The notes below the pieces were generated by a model, which saw only the letters and a program-made list of their open reading frames with translations, did not search any database and was not told where the DNA came from. A stretch of 63,713 bases of DNA, counting the filler. It is 5 parts of 5 records of this genome, joined end to end, with 100 filler letters (N's around TTAATTAATTAA, not from the genome) between each part and the next. Parts side by side here need not be neighbours in the genome. Positions count along the whole stretch, not along the records: positions 1 to 10,422 come from SRR20825006_2466; positions 10,523 to 35,836 come from SRR20825006_2467; 3 more parts are not named here. One strand, 5' to 3'. Shown here one piece after another: positions 9,076 through 18,703 of the stretch. A program made the position numbers and the translations under genes. Numbering within the stretch: position 1 is the first letter of the stretch; every line of letters starts with the position of its first letter.

Positions 9076-10344
9076 TTAATTACCTACCGAGTGGGTAAAT
9101 AACTTAGGATTAATTACCAGCATTGCCCAAGCCCAATTATTTGTATTGTCGTTTGGTCTACCTTCTTTTATTAAACTCATACTTTCCGAAGCAAACATAT
9201 GAGAATATCCTACTTTTAAAGTAGCAAATTTCATAAGTTTATGAGTATATTGTAAATCTATTTCGGTACCCAAATAAGAATCTGCATTATTAGCAAGGTC
9301 TCCATTAGCTCCAAAGTAATGTACCGAGGTTAATAGGTTTGATTTTTCTCCTGTTTTAAAAACTACTTTACCATAAACATCATTTAAACCTGCGCTATTG
9401 GTATAATTTCCCACATAGAAATAATCCATAAATCCGTTAAAAGCATGGTTGGTTCCATATAAAGGGAAAAAGGAATTATTATCTGCTCCTCCTTGGTCGG
9501 AGCCACTTAATAATTCAAATCCTAATGCGAATAAAGTATTTTGTGGTTTGTAGCTTCCTTCCAACATAAATTCATAAGCATTTAAATCAACATTTAAAGG
9601 ATATGCTTTTCCAAATTGATAGTAAAAGCTCCCCGACATATTTATAACGGAAATTGGAAATGTAAAATATGTACCTGCTGTTTGTGTGTAATAAACACCG
9701 TCGGCTTCATCATTGATATCAAATTTTTGAAATCCTGTATTTAAAAATAAAAAACTTGCAGAAGCGTTTTCTAAAGTCTTTTTAGCATATAAATACTGCA
9801 TAGTTTTGTAAGTAAAAAAGCCAGGGACATTGTATGCTGTACCTTCGTTTTGCTGACTTGTTTGGCTAAATGCAAAGCCTGCATCTGCCATAAAAGATTC
9901 GTTATGGTATCTTATCAATGCAGCATCATGAAAACGACCTTGCATTGCCCAATCAAGTCCTCCAAAAATACGCTCATTATCGTAAGCAATACTTTGGCGC
10001 CCTACTTTAGTCGACCAATTTTTATTTATATTCAATTCAGCCCAAGCCTGAAATAAAGAGAAAGAATCATTACCATCAATAGGCAATATTTGTCTGGTAT
10101 CTCCCCATGTGCTAACATCCTGCACACTAATCATAACAGCTAACAACTCAGATTTATAATCAATATTTAATCTCGATCGTTGGGCAACAAATGCAGCAGG
10201 GTCTGCATCATCGGGAAATAACGAACTATAACCATGTCGGTATTCAAAACGCGGACGAATATCGGCGGATACTTCTACTGTTTGACTTAAAATTAGATTA
10301 GAAAAGCAGAGCAAAACAATTAAGGTTGTAGTAATTTTTTTCAT
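9076..10344 (-). CDS. Alginate-export family outer-membrane beta-barrel
   Basis: IRPRFEYRHG, QRSRLN, KVGRQ.IAYDNERIFGGLDWAMQGRFHDA, PLYGTNHAFNGFMDYF, YLGTEID. Confidence 0.85.
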   Translation of the reverse strand: MKKITTTLIVLLCFSNLILSQTVEVSADIRPRFEYRHGYSSLFPDDADPAAFVAQRSRLNIDYKSELLAVMISVQDVSTWGDTRQILPIDGNDSFSLFQAWAELNINKNWSTKVGRQSIAYDNERIFGGLDWAMQGRFHDAALIRYHNESFMADAGFAFSQTSQQNEGTAYNVPGFFTYKTMQYLYAKKTLENASASFLFLNTGFQKFDINDEADGVYYTQTAGTYFTFPISVINMSGSFYYQFGKAYPLNVDLNAYEFMLEGSYKPQNTLFALGFELLSGSDQGGADNNSFFPLYGTNHAFNGFMDYFYVGNYTNSAGLNDVYGKVVFKTGEKSNLLTSVHYFGANGDLANNADSYLGTEIDLQYTHKLMKFATLKVGYSHMFASESMSLIKEGRPNDNTNNWAWAMLVINPKLFTHSVGN

Positions 10345-10422
10345 ACGATTAGATTTAATTTTTCAGTGTTTTAATCCCTCATAGAGGGCTAGTTCCCCGA
10401 CGCTCTGCGTCGAAATGAATTA

Positions 10423-10522
10423 NNNNNNNNNNNNNNNNNNNNNNNNNNNNNNNNNNNNNNNNNNNNTTAATTAATTAANNNNNNNNNNNNNNNNNNNNNN
10501 NNNNNNNNNNNNNNNNNNNNNN
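10423..10522. other. Artificial contig linker
   Basis: 44 N + TTAATTAATTAA (stops in all six frames) + 44 N. Confidence 0.99.
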
Positions 10523-10523
10523 T

Positions 10524-11486
10524 TATCTTTTTGAGCCTGTTGCTGGAAATGTTGATTATTTCAGCTATTGGGAAGACATGCCGGAGTCTATCGTGGTTGG
10601 AATCATGCAGGGAGATTCTCGATATGATGATTGCGCATACGATGATAATACTTTTATGCCAGGAGATACAGGTGCTCAGTTTTTTGAGTTTATTGGCCTT
10701 GAATTAATACCTTATATTGATAAAAAGTATAGAACAGCAAAATTTATAATTGGTGTAGGGCATGATTTTACAGCTAATTTTTTAAACTATTATCTTTTTA
10801 AAGACCCACCTCTATTAAATGGATATATAAACTTGAGTCCTGATTTGGCCCCTTTGATGGATCAACGACTTATTGAAAGAATTCCAAATATTTCTGAAAA
10901 ATTATTCTATTATTTGGCAACAGGAACCGACGATATTAAAGGCTTAATGGAGTCTACTCAAGATTTAGACACGCAATTAAGCGGGTTAAAAAGCCCAAAA
11001 TTTAATTATTACTTTGATAATTTTGAAGGCGCTACGCATTATTCATTAGGAGGTCGTGGAATTCCGAATGCATTAGAAAAAATATTTTCAGTTTATAGGC
11101 CTATCAGTAAAAAAGAATTTTCAGATGTTTTGCTAAAAATGGAAACCCCAGTTAGCCAATATCTCTTAGATAAGTATAAGGTTATTGAAGATCTTTTTGG
11201 AATTACAAATAATATTCGGGTAAACGATTTTATAGCTACTGCCACTGCAGCAGAAAAGAAAAAAGAATGGGATTCCCTACGTGAAATTGCAACCTTAGCA
11301 AAAAGACAATACCCAAATACAGTTCTTGGAGATTATTATTTAGGGCGCTATTTTGAAGAAATGGGCGAACCAAAAAAAGCAATGAAAACTTTTCAAGGGG
11401 CCTATGATAAAGAGGAAGTTGACTTTATAACAATAGATAAATTATTGGATAGAGCAGACAAAATAAAGAATGATTTTGGGTATTAA
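10524..11486 (+). CDS. Alpha/beta-hydrolase (esterase-like) with C-terminal TPR, 5' truncated
   Basis: Frame open from the contig edge (YLFEPVAGNVDYFSYWEDMPESIVVGI); ELIPYIDKKYRT; GHD at the nucleophile elbow; TPR-like YYLGRYFEEMGEPKKAMK. Confidence 0.8.
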   Translation, partial: YLFEPVAGNVDYFSYWEDMPESIVVGIMQGDSRYDDCAYDDNTFMPGDTGAQFFEFIGLELIPYIDKKYRTAKFIIGVGHDFTANFLNYYLFKDPPLLNGYINLSPDLAPLMDQRLIERIPNISEKLFYYLATGTDDIKGLMESTQDLDTQLSGLKSPKFNYYFDNFEGATHYSLGGRGIPNALEKIFSVYRPISKKEFSDVLLKMETPVSQYLLDKYKVIEDLFGITNNIRVNDFIATATAAEKKKEWDSLREIATLAKRQYPNTVLGDYYLGRYFEEMGEPKKAMKTFQGAYDKEEVDFITIDKLLDRADKIKNDFGY

Positions 11487-11537
11487 ATTAATGCCATTTT
11501 GAGCATTTTTTCTATAAAATTACCAAGCAATTTTTAT

Positions 11538-11574
11538 AAAAAAGCCATCTATAAATAGTATAGGTGGCTTTTTT
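11538..11574. terminator. Bidirectional intrinsic terminator
   Basis: AAAAAAGCCATCTATA...TATAGGTGGCTTTTTT between convergent genes. Confidence 0.85.
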
Positions 11575-11602
11575 ACTAACTAAAAAAATCAACTTATATA
11601 AT

Positions 11603-14401
11603 CTACTCTTTTACTATTTTATAAGTTCCTGTTTGCCCATTTACTTCTACTTGCATTAAATAAATACTTGAAGTTAATCCAGAAAGATCTATCTGAGTAT
11701 TCATGGATTGAACTTCCTTAGTTATTACTTTTTGACCTAAAAGGTTATATATGCTTACATTATTAATGTTATCTATAGCTTTTAAAAATAATAACCCAGT
11801 TGTTGGATTAGGATAGTAATTAAACCCTTCTATATTATTGTCTAATAAATCTAAAAGTGACGAAGTCATATAAATGTCAGTTTCTCCACCTGTATTTACA
11901 GCATAGACATAATAAACTTTATCAGCTTCTACAGTAATGGAAGAAAGATTTGTGGGTTCACAGTAATTAGTTGGTTGATCAACAAATGTTAAATCTGTTT
12001 CAAGAGCATTTTCATCAGTTGCTGAATAAAAAGTTATGTTAGTGTCTCCCGAAGGAGTGACGACCTTTGCAAATACAGTACCGTTTTCTTCTGCAGTAAA
12101 TTTATACCAGACCCCTTTTTTATTAAATATACTACACCCAATAGGGTTGTCCACTTCTTCTGTTGCATACTGTAAAATAGCATTTGAGTCTCTATAGGGA
12201 AACCCACTTATTTCATCTACGTCATAAGCATTTGCTATTAAATCATTTGGTGGGCGCATTTGAAAGCAGTCCACAGAGGCATTCCAACCTGTATTATTAG
12301 TGTATTCATCATCACTGTAGATAACAAATGTTAGCGCGCCACTTCTGTGAGTTGCTCTAAATGTGCCAGGAAGTGTTGTTCCAGTATATCCACCTGCAGG
12401 AAATCCCGTAGAAGTTGCGGGTTGGCCACTATCAAATAAAGGAAAGTATTGGTTAGGTCCATCATACACATATAAAGCATCATGACCATCTTGTAAATCA
12501 AATTCCAAAAAAGTAACTTCTACACCTTGTCCTGGATTCACAGGAAATGTTGGGTCGTCAGAATATATGGTCCAGTTTTGTCCAATTTGCTTACTAGCAT
12601 AGGATTCATTTCCTCCGCCACGATCAAAGTAATTCTGAACTCCACATTCGGCCCATTCTAATAATGTTTGAACTCTTACTCGTGTTGTTCTTCCACTTGT
12701 TCCATTTGCACCACAATCTCTTTCTACATAAAGATCATAAAAATAGCCACTTGTTAAACCCGTAATGTCAACAAAAGTTTCATATTGTGGCTTATGCCCA
12801 CTTTGTAATGGTGTAGCTGTATCTGGGTCTTCATCTTTATAATAAATTTCCCAATCATACCCATTTACTGCATCTTCCTCATTAAAGTTAAGCCAGAAAA
12901 AACTTATTTCAGTTCCTGTATAGGAAGCAGCATCTATAAATATAGGCTTTACACAAGGAGAAAGATCAGGAAATAATTCTCCATAAGAGAACCACCCATA
13001 TATTGGATTATAATAATCTGAGCTCCCTATGAGAATACCATTACTAACGAGTCCGGTAGCAGGGTCCAAAGTAGATTCTTTCCCATTACGATAACTTCCT
13101 CTCACTGTAAATACTATGGTTAAGCCATCCATTCCAGCTGCATCATCCATATAATTCTGATTGAAATCACCTGGAAACATTTGGCCGATTAAAGTAGCTG
13201 CTCCAGTATTTAAATCTACTGAATATGAATTTTCATATTCAGTATCAATAATATAGCCTATGTTATTATCTATACCTAATGCTATTGGGCGTTCCCCATT
13301 TGTAAAGCCAAAAGACCCTACCAAGGTTGCAGTAATTTCAATAGGATCTATTACATATAAATCTGTAGTTGTAATCGCGTATAAAACACTGGTAGTTTTG
13401 TCAAATTCCATACCTTGCCAACCATTTAACATATTCCCTAAAAGTGTATAAACTCCTGTTTCTATTTCAATTTGATAAAAGTCTCCTGCTTCATCCAAAA
13501 CATATCCAATATGGGCATCATTAGGATCTATAGCCCCTGCATTCTCTCCCGAATTGATTGGGGAAGTAGCTAAAAAGCTGATGTCACTTCCAATAGTTCC
13601 TAATCCTGAGAACTGCCTGGCTACATTATCCACCAAATAGCGTCTTGATTCATTATAAAAGTCTCCTGTTACATTAATACTATAATCTTCCGCTTGCCCA
13701 TTATCTGCTCCAAAACAAGGATTTAGATAATCTGTTGTACCAAGTATTTTCTTTATTCTCATAATAGTGGTGCCTAAATTGGCATCAGCAGGAACATCTA
13801 TTGTAGCGGTAACTTGTATTCCATCTACACCTGTAGAATTTACAAGGGTGTTTGCAATCTCATAGACTTCATTAGTATTGTCCAAAATTTCATTTTGGTT
13901 CCAATCAATGAATAGAATAAACCTGTTGGTATTGTTCCCATTGGTGTTTCCTTCTAATGTAATGGTATAATTCTTTCCTTGTTCAACATCTCCAGAAATT
14001 GTAGTAAAATCTTCATGAGCTGAAGTGCCATTTATTGTAGCATCCGTCACATTGCTAATTCCAGCAAAATCAACTAATGTTATGGGTTCTATTGCAGTTG
14101 GAAAATCCAAAGGACCACAATAACTGTTGATTGTTAAAGAGCTTTGTTTAGGGTTTTTAGGTCTAAGGAAATTCCGTAGCATATTTTTTTCTTCATCGGT
14201 AAAATATTTACTTAGAGGCAAGTTTTTCTTTCGAATTTCTTTCCATCTATCGTATAGATCTTCTCCTGAAACTATTTTAGAATTTTGAATCTGTTCAATT
14301 TTGAGAAAATCTTTTTCTGCCGGGGTATTTATACTATTTTGTGCGCAGAGTACACTTAATATACCAACTATAGCAATTACAGACAATGTAATTTTTTTCA
14401 T
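11603..14401 (-). CDS. Multidomain T9SS (type A CTD) secreted protein: GEVED, propeller-like repeats, FN3-like and CUB-like domains
   Basis: Signal peptide; FIDWNQN...GQAEDYSINV; FDLQDGHDALYVYDG; YYPNPT...IYNLLGQKV...YKIVKE. Confidence 0.85.
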   Translation of the reverse strand: MKKITLSVIAIVGILSVLCAQNSINTPAEKDFLKIEQIQNSKIVSGEDLYDRWKEIRKKNLPLSKYFTDEEKNMLRNFLRPKNPKQSSLTINSYCGPLDFPTAIEPITLVDFAGISNVTDATINGTSAHEDFTTISGDVEQGKNYTITLEGNTNGNNTNRFILFIDWNQNEILDNTNEVYEIANTLVNSTGVDGIQVTATIDVPADANLGTTIMRIKKILGTTDYLNPCFGADNGQAEDYSINVTGDFYNESRRYLVDNVARQFSGLGTIGSDISFLATSPINSGENAGAIDPNDAHIGYVLDEAGDFYQIEIETGVYTLLGNMLNGWQGMEFDKTTSVLYAITTTDLYVIDPIEITATLVGSFGFTNGERPIALGIDNNIGYIIDTEYENSYSVDLNTGAATLIGQMFPGDFNQNYMDDAAGMDGLTIVFTVRGSYRNGKESTLDPATGLVSNGILIGSSDYYNPIYGWFSYGELFPDLSPCVKPIFIDAASYTGTEISFFWLNFNEEDAVNGYDWEIYYKDEDPDTATPLQSGHKPQYETFVDITGLTSGYFYDLYVERDCGANGTSGRTTRVRVQTLLEWAECGVQNYFDRGGGNESYASKQIGQNWTIYSDDPTFPVNPGQGVEVTFLEFDLQDGHDALYVYDGPNQYFPLFDSGQPATSTGFPAGGYTGTTLPGTFRATHRSGALTFVIYSDDEYTNNTGWNASVDCFQMRPPNDLIANAYDVDEISGFPYRDSNAILQYATEEVDNPIGCSIFNKKGVWYKFTAEENGTVFAKVVTPSGDTNITFYSATDENALETDLTFVDQPTNYCEPTNLSSITVEADKVYYVYAVNTGGETDIYMTSSLLDLLDNNIEGFNYYPNPTTGLLFLKAIDNINNVSIYNLLGQKVITKEVQSMNTQIDLSGLTSSIYLMQVEVNGQTGTYKIVKE

Positions 14402-14456
14402 AATTAAATGTTTTTATATGTTTATATGTGCAATATATGCCCTAATCCATTCTGAT

Positions 14457-14497
14457 GGAATACGTAGTAATACGTATAAACTACGCAGAAATACTTA
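14457..14497 (-). promoter_or_regulatory. TACGTA-box array upstream of the large T9SS gene
   Basis: TACGTA/TACGTA/TACGCA/TACTTA at 14461, 14471, 14482, 14492. Confidence 0.7.
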
Positions 14498-14639
14498 GTG
14501 CCATGTGCTTGACCATATTTTAAGGTATATCGGAATAATAAATAAAAGTCTATTAACATAAGTGATTTATTTTTTTAGTAAATCATTTTTCAATATTAAC
14601 ATTCTTTTTAAAAGTAATCTATTAGTAAATACATTGCAG

Positions 14640-14680
14640 TACGTCCGCTTACGTAATATATACGTATTACTACGTATTCC
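14640..14680 (+). promoter_or_regulatory. TACGTA-box array upstream of the small T9SS gene
   Basis: TACGT boxes at 14640, 14650, 14661, 14671; 14659-14680 is the exact reverse complement of 14457-14478. Confidence 0.7.
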
Positions 14681-14793
14681 TGTAACATTTAATTCAATAT
14701 ACCTTGTAACTTGTAAAAAAACAATGTATTTCACTTTAATTGATTTGTCTAATTAACTTAAAAACAAACAAATTAAAACTTAAACTAAATTTT

Positions 14794-15711
14794 ATGAAAA
14801 AAAATACTTTTTTAGGAATACTGCTTTTAAGCTTTATTTCTTTTACTTCCAATGCTCAAACGACGGTTATTAATAGGCCACTTAATGAGAATATAGCTTT
14901 AATATCAACCAAAGGAACTAATGGCGTGATGGCTATAGCTGCTGACTCCTTTGTGTTAACAGAGGAAGTCGCTATAGGAGAAATAGATGTCCCAGGTGGT
15001 TTAAAAACTAATATTCAATATTTAGGCGATTTAGAAGTAGGCTTTAATATCTACATCTATGCTGATGATAATGGATTTCCTGCGGGAGATCCAACACAAC
15101 CAGGTACGGGAATAGTTGAGCTTTCAGATATTGATCCTGTATATTACTCAAAATATGAAAACGGATTAAAGTTTTATAATAGAACAGACTTTAATAATAT
15201 TCAAGTTACTGCAGCCAATGGTGGAAATCAAGTGATATTACCAGCAGGAACCTATTGGATTTCATGTTTTGTTACTGTAGAAGGCGATCCCGATTATCCA
15301 GGTAAGTGGGCATGGATTGGTTCTACGGAGGTCAATCCCTTACCTCCATTCTTGCCAGTTTTTATGGATCCCGATGGAATTTTTGGGGGTGGGCCAAATT
15401 GGACGCCTGTTGGTAATTTTCCAAGCTGTGCCTGGACTCTGCGTAGCGAACGAATTACTTTAGGCGCTGAAAACAATTCGATTTCAAAAATAGCAATATA
15501 TCCAAATCCGAGTTCAGATTTTATAAATGTTATTATTCCTAAAACAATTGAAATATTTAAAACGACTTTAATGGATATTACTGGAAAACAAATGAATGAT
15601 ATTCAATTAGAAAATGGAATATTAGATATTTCGTTATTATCAAAAGGTGTTTATTTATTGAATATTGAAACTTCAGAAGGGACACTAAATAAAAAAATCA
15701 TTAAAAATTAA
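14794..15711 (+). CDS. T9SS type A CTD-containing secreted protein
   Basis: MKKNTF...SNAQ signal peptide (ATG 14794); IYPNPS...DITGK...KGVYLLNI...KKIIKN CTD. Confidence 0.85.
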   Translation: MKKNTFLGILLLSFISFTSNAQTTVINRPLNENIALISTKGTNGVMAIAADSFVLTEEVAIGEIDVPGGLKTNIQYLGDLEVGFNIYIYADDNGFPAGDPTQPGTGIVELSDIDPVYYSKYENGLKFYNRTDFNNIQVTAANGGNQVILPAGTYWISCFVTVEGDPDYPGKWAWIGSTEVNPLPPFLPVFMDPDGIFGGGPNWTPVGNFPSCAWTLRSERITLGAENNSISKIAIYPNPSSDFINVIIPKTIEIFKTTLMDITGKQMNDIQLENGILDISLLSKGVYLLNIETSEGTLNKKIIKN

Positions 15712-15742
15712 AATTTGGGATTATAGTTAATTTTAAAAATGC

Positions 15743-15782
15743 GGGGCTAACTCTATACATGGTATAAGTTAGTCCCTTTTTT
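15743..15782 (+). terminator. Intrinsic terminator
   Basis: GGGGCTAACT...AGTTAGTCCC followed by a T-run. Confidence 0.7.
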
Positions 15783-15809
15783 ATTTACATTCAGAACACG
15801 TTGTACTTA

Positions 15810-16460
15810 TTAATAATTAATAATGAGGTTTTTGTGGGTAATCGCCCATGCACTCAATGTTTTGCTGGTTTTGTTATTCCAAATTTTTGAAATTATATTA
15901 CTTCGGTGTTTTTCTACAGTTCTTACAGAAATACTTAATATATCAGCTATTTCAGTATTGGTTTTTTCTTGAGCAATTAATTTTAATATGGTTATTTCGG
16001 AAGGCGTTAACCAATTCAATTTTTTTATTTCATTTGAAACATCATTTAAATTTTGGGAATTAAAAGATGAGCTGAAATACACTTTGTCATTTAGAACGGC
16101 ATCCATGCATTTTTCTATTTCAATGAATGGGTCTTCTTTTAATAAATACCCATCAATTTGAAGAGATTTTGCTTGGATAACAAATTCTGCTTCTCTATGA
16201 TATGAAAAGATAATAAACTTTGTCTTAACATATTTTTCCTTTGCCATTTTAACAATCTCAAAACCACTCAATAAAGGCATATCAATGTCTAGTACAGCAA
16301 TAGTTGGTTGTAAATTTAGAATTTGCTCCAAAGCCTGTGTTCCGTTTGCTGAATTGCCAATTACATTGTAGCCATTAGCTTCAAATTCATCGAGCAAGCC
16401 TCTCAATAACATTGGGTGGTCATCAGCAATTACAATAGATATGTCTTTTTTGTTAAACAT
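15810..16460 (-). CDS. NarL/FixJ-family response regulator
   Basis: IADDHP, LDIDMP, GYLLK; LuxR HTH LTPSE...IADILSISVRTVEKHRSNI. Confidence 0.95.
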   Translation of the reverse strand: MFNKKDISIVIADDHPMLLRGLLDEFEANGYNVIGNSANGTQALEQILNLQPTIAVLDIDMPLLSGFEIVKMAKEKYVKTKFIIFSYHREAEFVIQAKSLQIDGYLLKEDPFIEIEKCMDAVLNDKVYFSSSFNSQNLNDVSNEIKKLNWLTPSEITILKLIAQEKTNTEIADILSISVRTVEKHRSNIISKIWNNKTSKTLSAWAITHKNLIINY

Positions 16461-18474
16461 TTTTATAAGGTATTATTAATATTACTGTTGTTCCAAAATT
16501 TATCTTAGATTTAATATCTAAACTTGAATTTAATATACTTGCCCGCTCCATTAAGGTTCTCATGCCTAAATTAGCATTAAGTTTTAACTTCTCTGAATAT
16601 TCAAATCCCTTTCCGTTGTCTTTTACTACAACTTTAATATTCTTTTTTTTAACCTTAACTTTAACCGAAGCTACATTAGCATTTGCATGTTTTACCATAT
16701 TACTAAGTATTTCTTGAAGAATACGATATAAATGTAATGATTCATCTTTAGATAAATATTTGTCAATATATTCTATTTCATTTGTGAAAAAAATATTTGT
16801 ATTTGCATCTACTTCATTTACCATTCCTACGATAGCAGCGGTTGTGCCTAATTTATCTAAAGTAGCTGGGTGTAATCCACGGGATATTGTTCTTAATTCA
16901 TCAAGAGTGTCAGCTGCAAGTAATTCCATATTTAGATTCCCATACTTTTTTGTTTGTTTGGTAAGTAACATTATTTTTTGTCCAACACTATCATGTAGCT
17001 CTCTGGCAATTCTTATTCTTTCTTCTTCTTGAGCATTAATTAAGCTTTGTGAGAAAGCTGTTTGCATTTTTTGTCTTCGATTTGCCGCATTTCGTGAACG
17101 TATCATGATTATAAAACCAAAAATTAATAATAATCCAAGTCCGCCAAAAAGTAATAACTGATTGTAAAGTTTATTTTTTGTGTCCAAAAGAACAATATTG
17201 TTTTGTTGTTCTTTTATTTTTAAATCCCTTTTTCTTGTTTCATAAACGGTTTGATAATATGAAAGAGCCTTTATTTTTTTTATTCTACCTATGGAGTCAT
17301 TTATATCTGAATATTTTTTAAAATGTACGTATGCTTCTTTTAAGTCTCCTAAGGCTTCATAGACATCTGCCATAAATAACTCTGCATTTTGGATATTTCC
17401 ATAGTGTGTTCCTTTTAGTTTTATGTCTAAATGTTCTTTTCCATATTTTAATGCTAAAGTATATTCTTTCTTTGCAAATGCTAAATTTTTTAAAGCATCT
17501 AGGTAGGGTTCTTTTACATTTTCAATTCTATCCTTATAAGTTTCTTCAAACTCTTTTAAATAAAAACTGGCCTGAGGAATACTATCTATTTTAGAATAAG
17601 CTATAATCAACCCTACTAGCATTGTAGATTCATAAAATTTAGGATTGTCTGTTTTTTTACAAGCTGCCAATGCCATTTTTAAATTTTCAACTCCTTCAAT
17701 TAAGTTTCCTTGACTACTATTGTCTGCAGCAGCATTATAATAAAAAGCACTTAAATGCCCATAACTATTAATTTTTTTTGCAAGTAAAATAGCTTCATCT
17801 CTTTCTTTTTTAGCTTCATCAAAAAATGAATTCTGACTGTATAATATAGATAGTAAATTTCTAGCGCTAATAATATAATATGTGTTATCCTCTTTTTGAA
17901 ATATTTGAATAGCATCCTGGAGTTCTTTCGAGGCTTCAGAAAACTCTCCCATATAACTTAAAGCGTTTCCTTTATACATTTTTGCAAGACCAATTTGCAA
18001 ATCATCATTAGCAAGATTTGCTTCTCTCTCACTAAGTGTATAATAGTCAATAGCTTTTTTTTGATCTTCTAGATAAAAATATGTATCAGCACCTTCCAAA
18101 TAAAATTTTGAGAGAATTAAATGATTACGACAAACTTTGGCATTATCTAAAAAATTTAAAAAAATCTTATTCCCTTCTTTTAAATTTCCAGTAATATTGT
18201 TTTGAAAATAAATTAAATAAGCAGTGTTTTTAGTAGCAATATTTATTGAATCTAAATCTAGAGCATACTGTAAAGCTATTTTCGCAATTGAATCACTTTG
18301 AAAATTAGTTTCTGCCCTAATATAAGTTGAAAGACTATCCAACCACTTAAGCTTTTCTCCTTTTTCAGAAGCAACATTAACCTTCTGTGTTATTTCAATA
18401 ATTACTTGTTCAGTTTTTTGAGCTGAAGTAGTTATTGAAATAACGCAGAAGAAAATGAATAGGAGTTTTTTCAT
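16453..18474 (-). CDS. TPR-sensor histidine kinase (HisKA_3/NarX type)
   Basis: Signal peptide; TPR-like helices; one TM; QEEERIRIARELHDSVGQ, LYRILQEILSNMVKHA, DNGKGF. Confidence 0.92.
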   Translation of the reverse strand: MKKLLFIFFCVISITTSAQKTEQVIIEITQKVNVASEKGEKLKWLDSLSTYIRAETNFQSDSIAKIALQYALDLDSINIATKNTAYLIYFQNNITGNLKEGNKIFLNFLDNAKVCRNHLILSKFYLEGADTYFYLEDQKKAIDYYTLSEREANLANDDLQIGLAKMYKGNALSYMGEFSEASKELQDAIQIFQKEDNTYYIISARNLLSILYSQNSFFDEAKKERDEAILLAKKINSYGHLSAFYYNAAADNSSQGNLIEGVENLKMALAACKKTDNPKFYESTMLVGLIIAYSKIDSIPQASFYLKEFEETYKDRIENVKEPYLDALKNLAFAKKEYTLALKYGKEHLDIKLKGTHYGNIQNAELFMADVYEALGDLKEAYVHFKKYSDINDSIGRIKKIKALSYYQTVYETRKRDLKIKEQQNNIVLLDTKNKLYNQLLLFGGLGLLLIFGFIIMIRSRNAANRRQKMQTAFSQSLINAQEEERIRIARELHDSVGQKIMLLTKQTKKYGNLNMELLAADTLDELRTISRGLHPATLDKLGTTAAIVGMVNEVDANTNIFFTNEIEYIDKYLSKDESLHLYRILQEILSNMVKHANANVASVKVKVKKKNIKVVVKDNGKGFEYSEKLKLNANLGMRTLMERASILNSSLDIKSKINFGTTVILIIPYKNV

Positions 18475-18703
18475 TTATTAATGATTGTATGGGTAAAGAT
18501 ATTATTTAAAAAATATTAAGCTAAATTTAGGTTTAAGTATACAGTGAAATACAATTAACTTTATTGGAATAGTGACTGTAAGCCATGTATTCTCGATTAA
18601 ATATAAGCCATTTTAATATTATCGATTTTAAATATATTTATAGATGATAGAATTTTTCAAAAATAACGAGCACAGAAAATAATGTATCTTTACCCTTCTA
18701 ATT

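Noticed and set aside
9076-10344. Alginate biosynthesis/export
   Set aside because: Family name only; no alg genes nearby, and the substrate is unknown
10467-10478. Recurring TTAATTAATTAA palindrome as a biological repeat
   Set aside because: Always centred in 44+44 N; it is a synthetic six-frame stop spacer
14457-14680. CRISPR array or IS ends
   Set aside because: Only one inverted pair of short boxes; no spacers, cas genes or transposase
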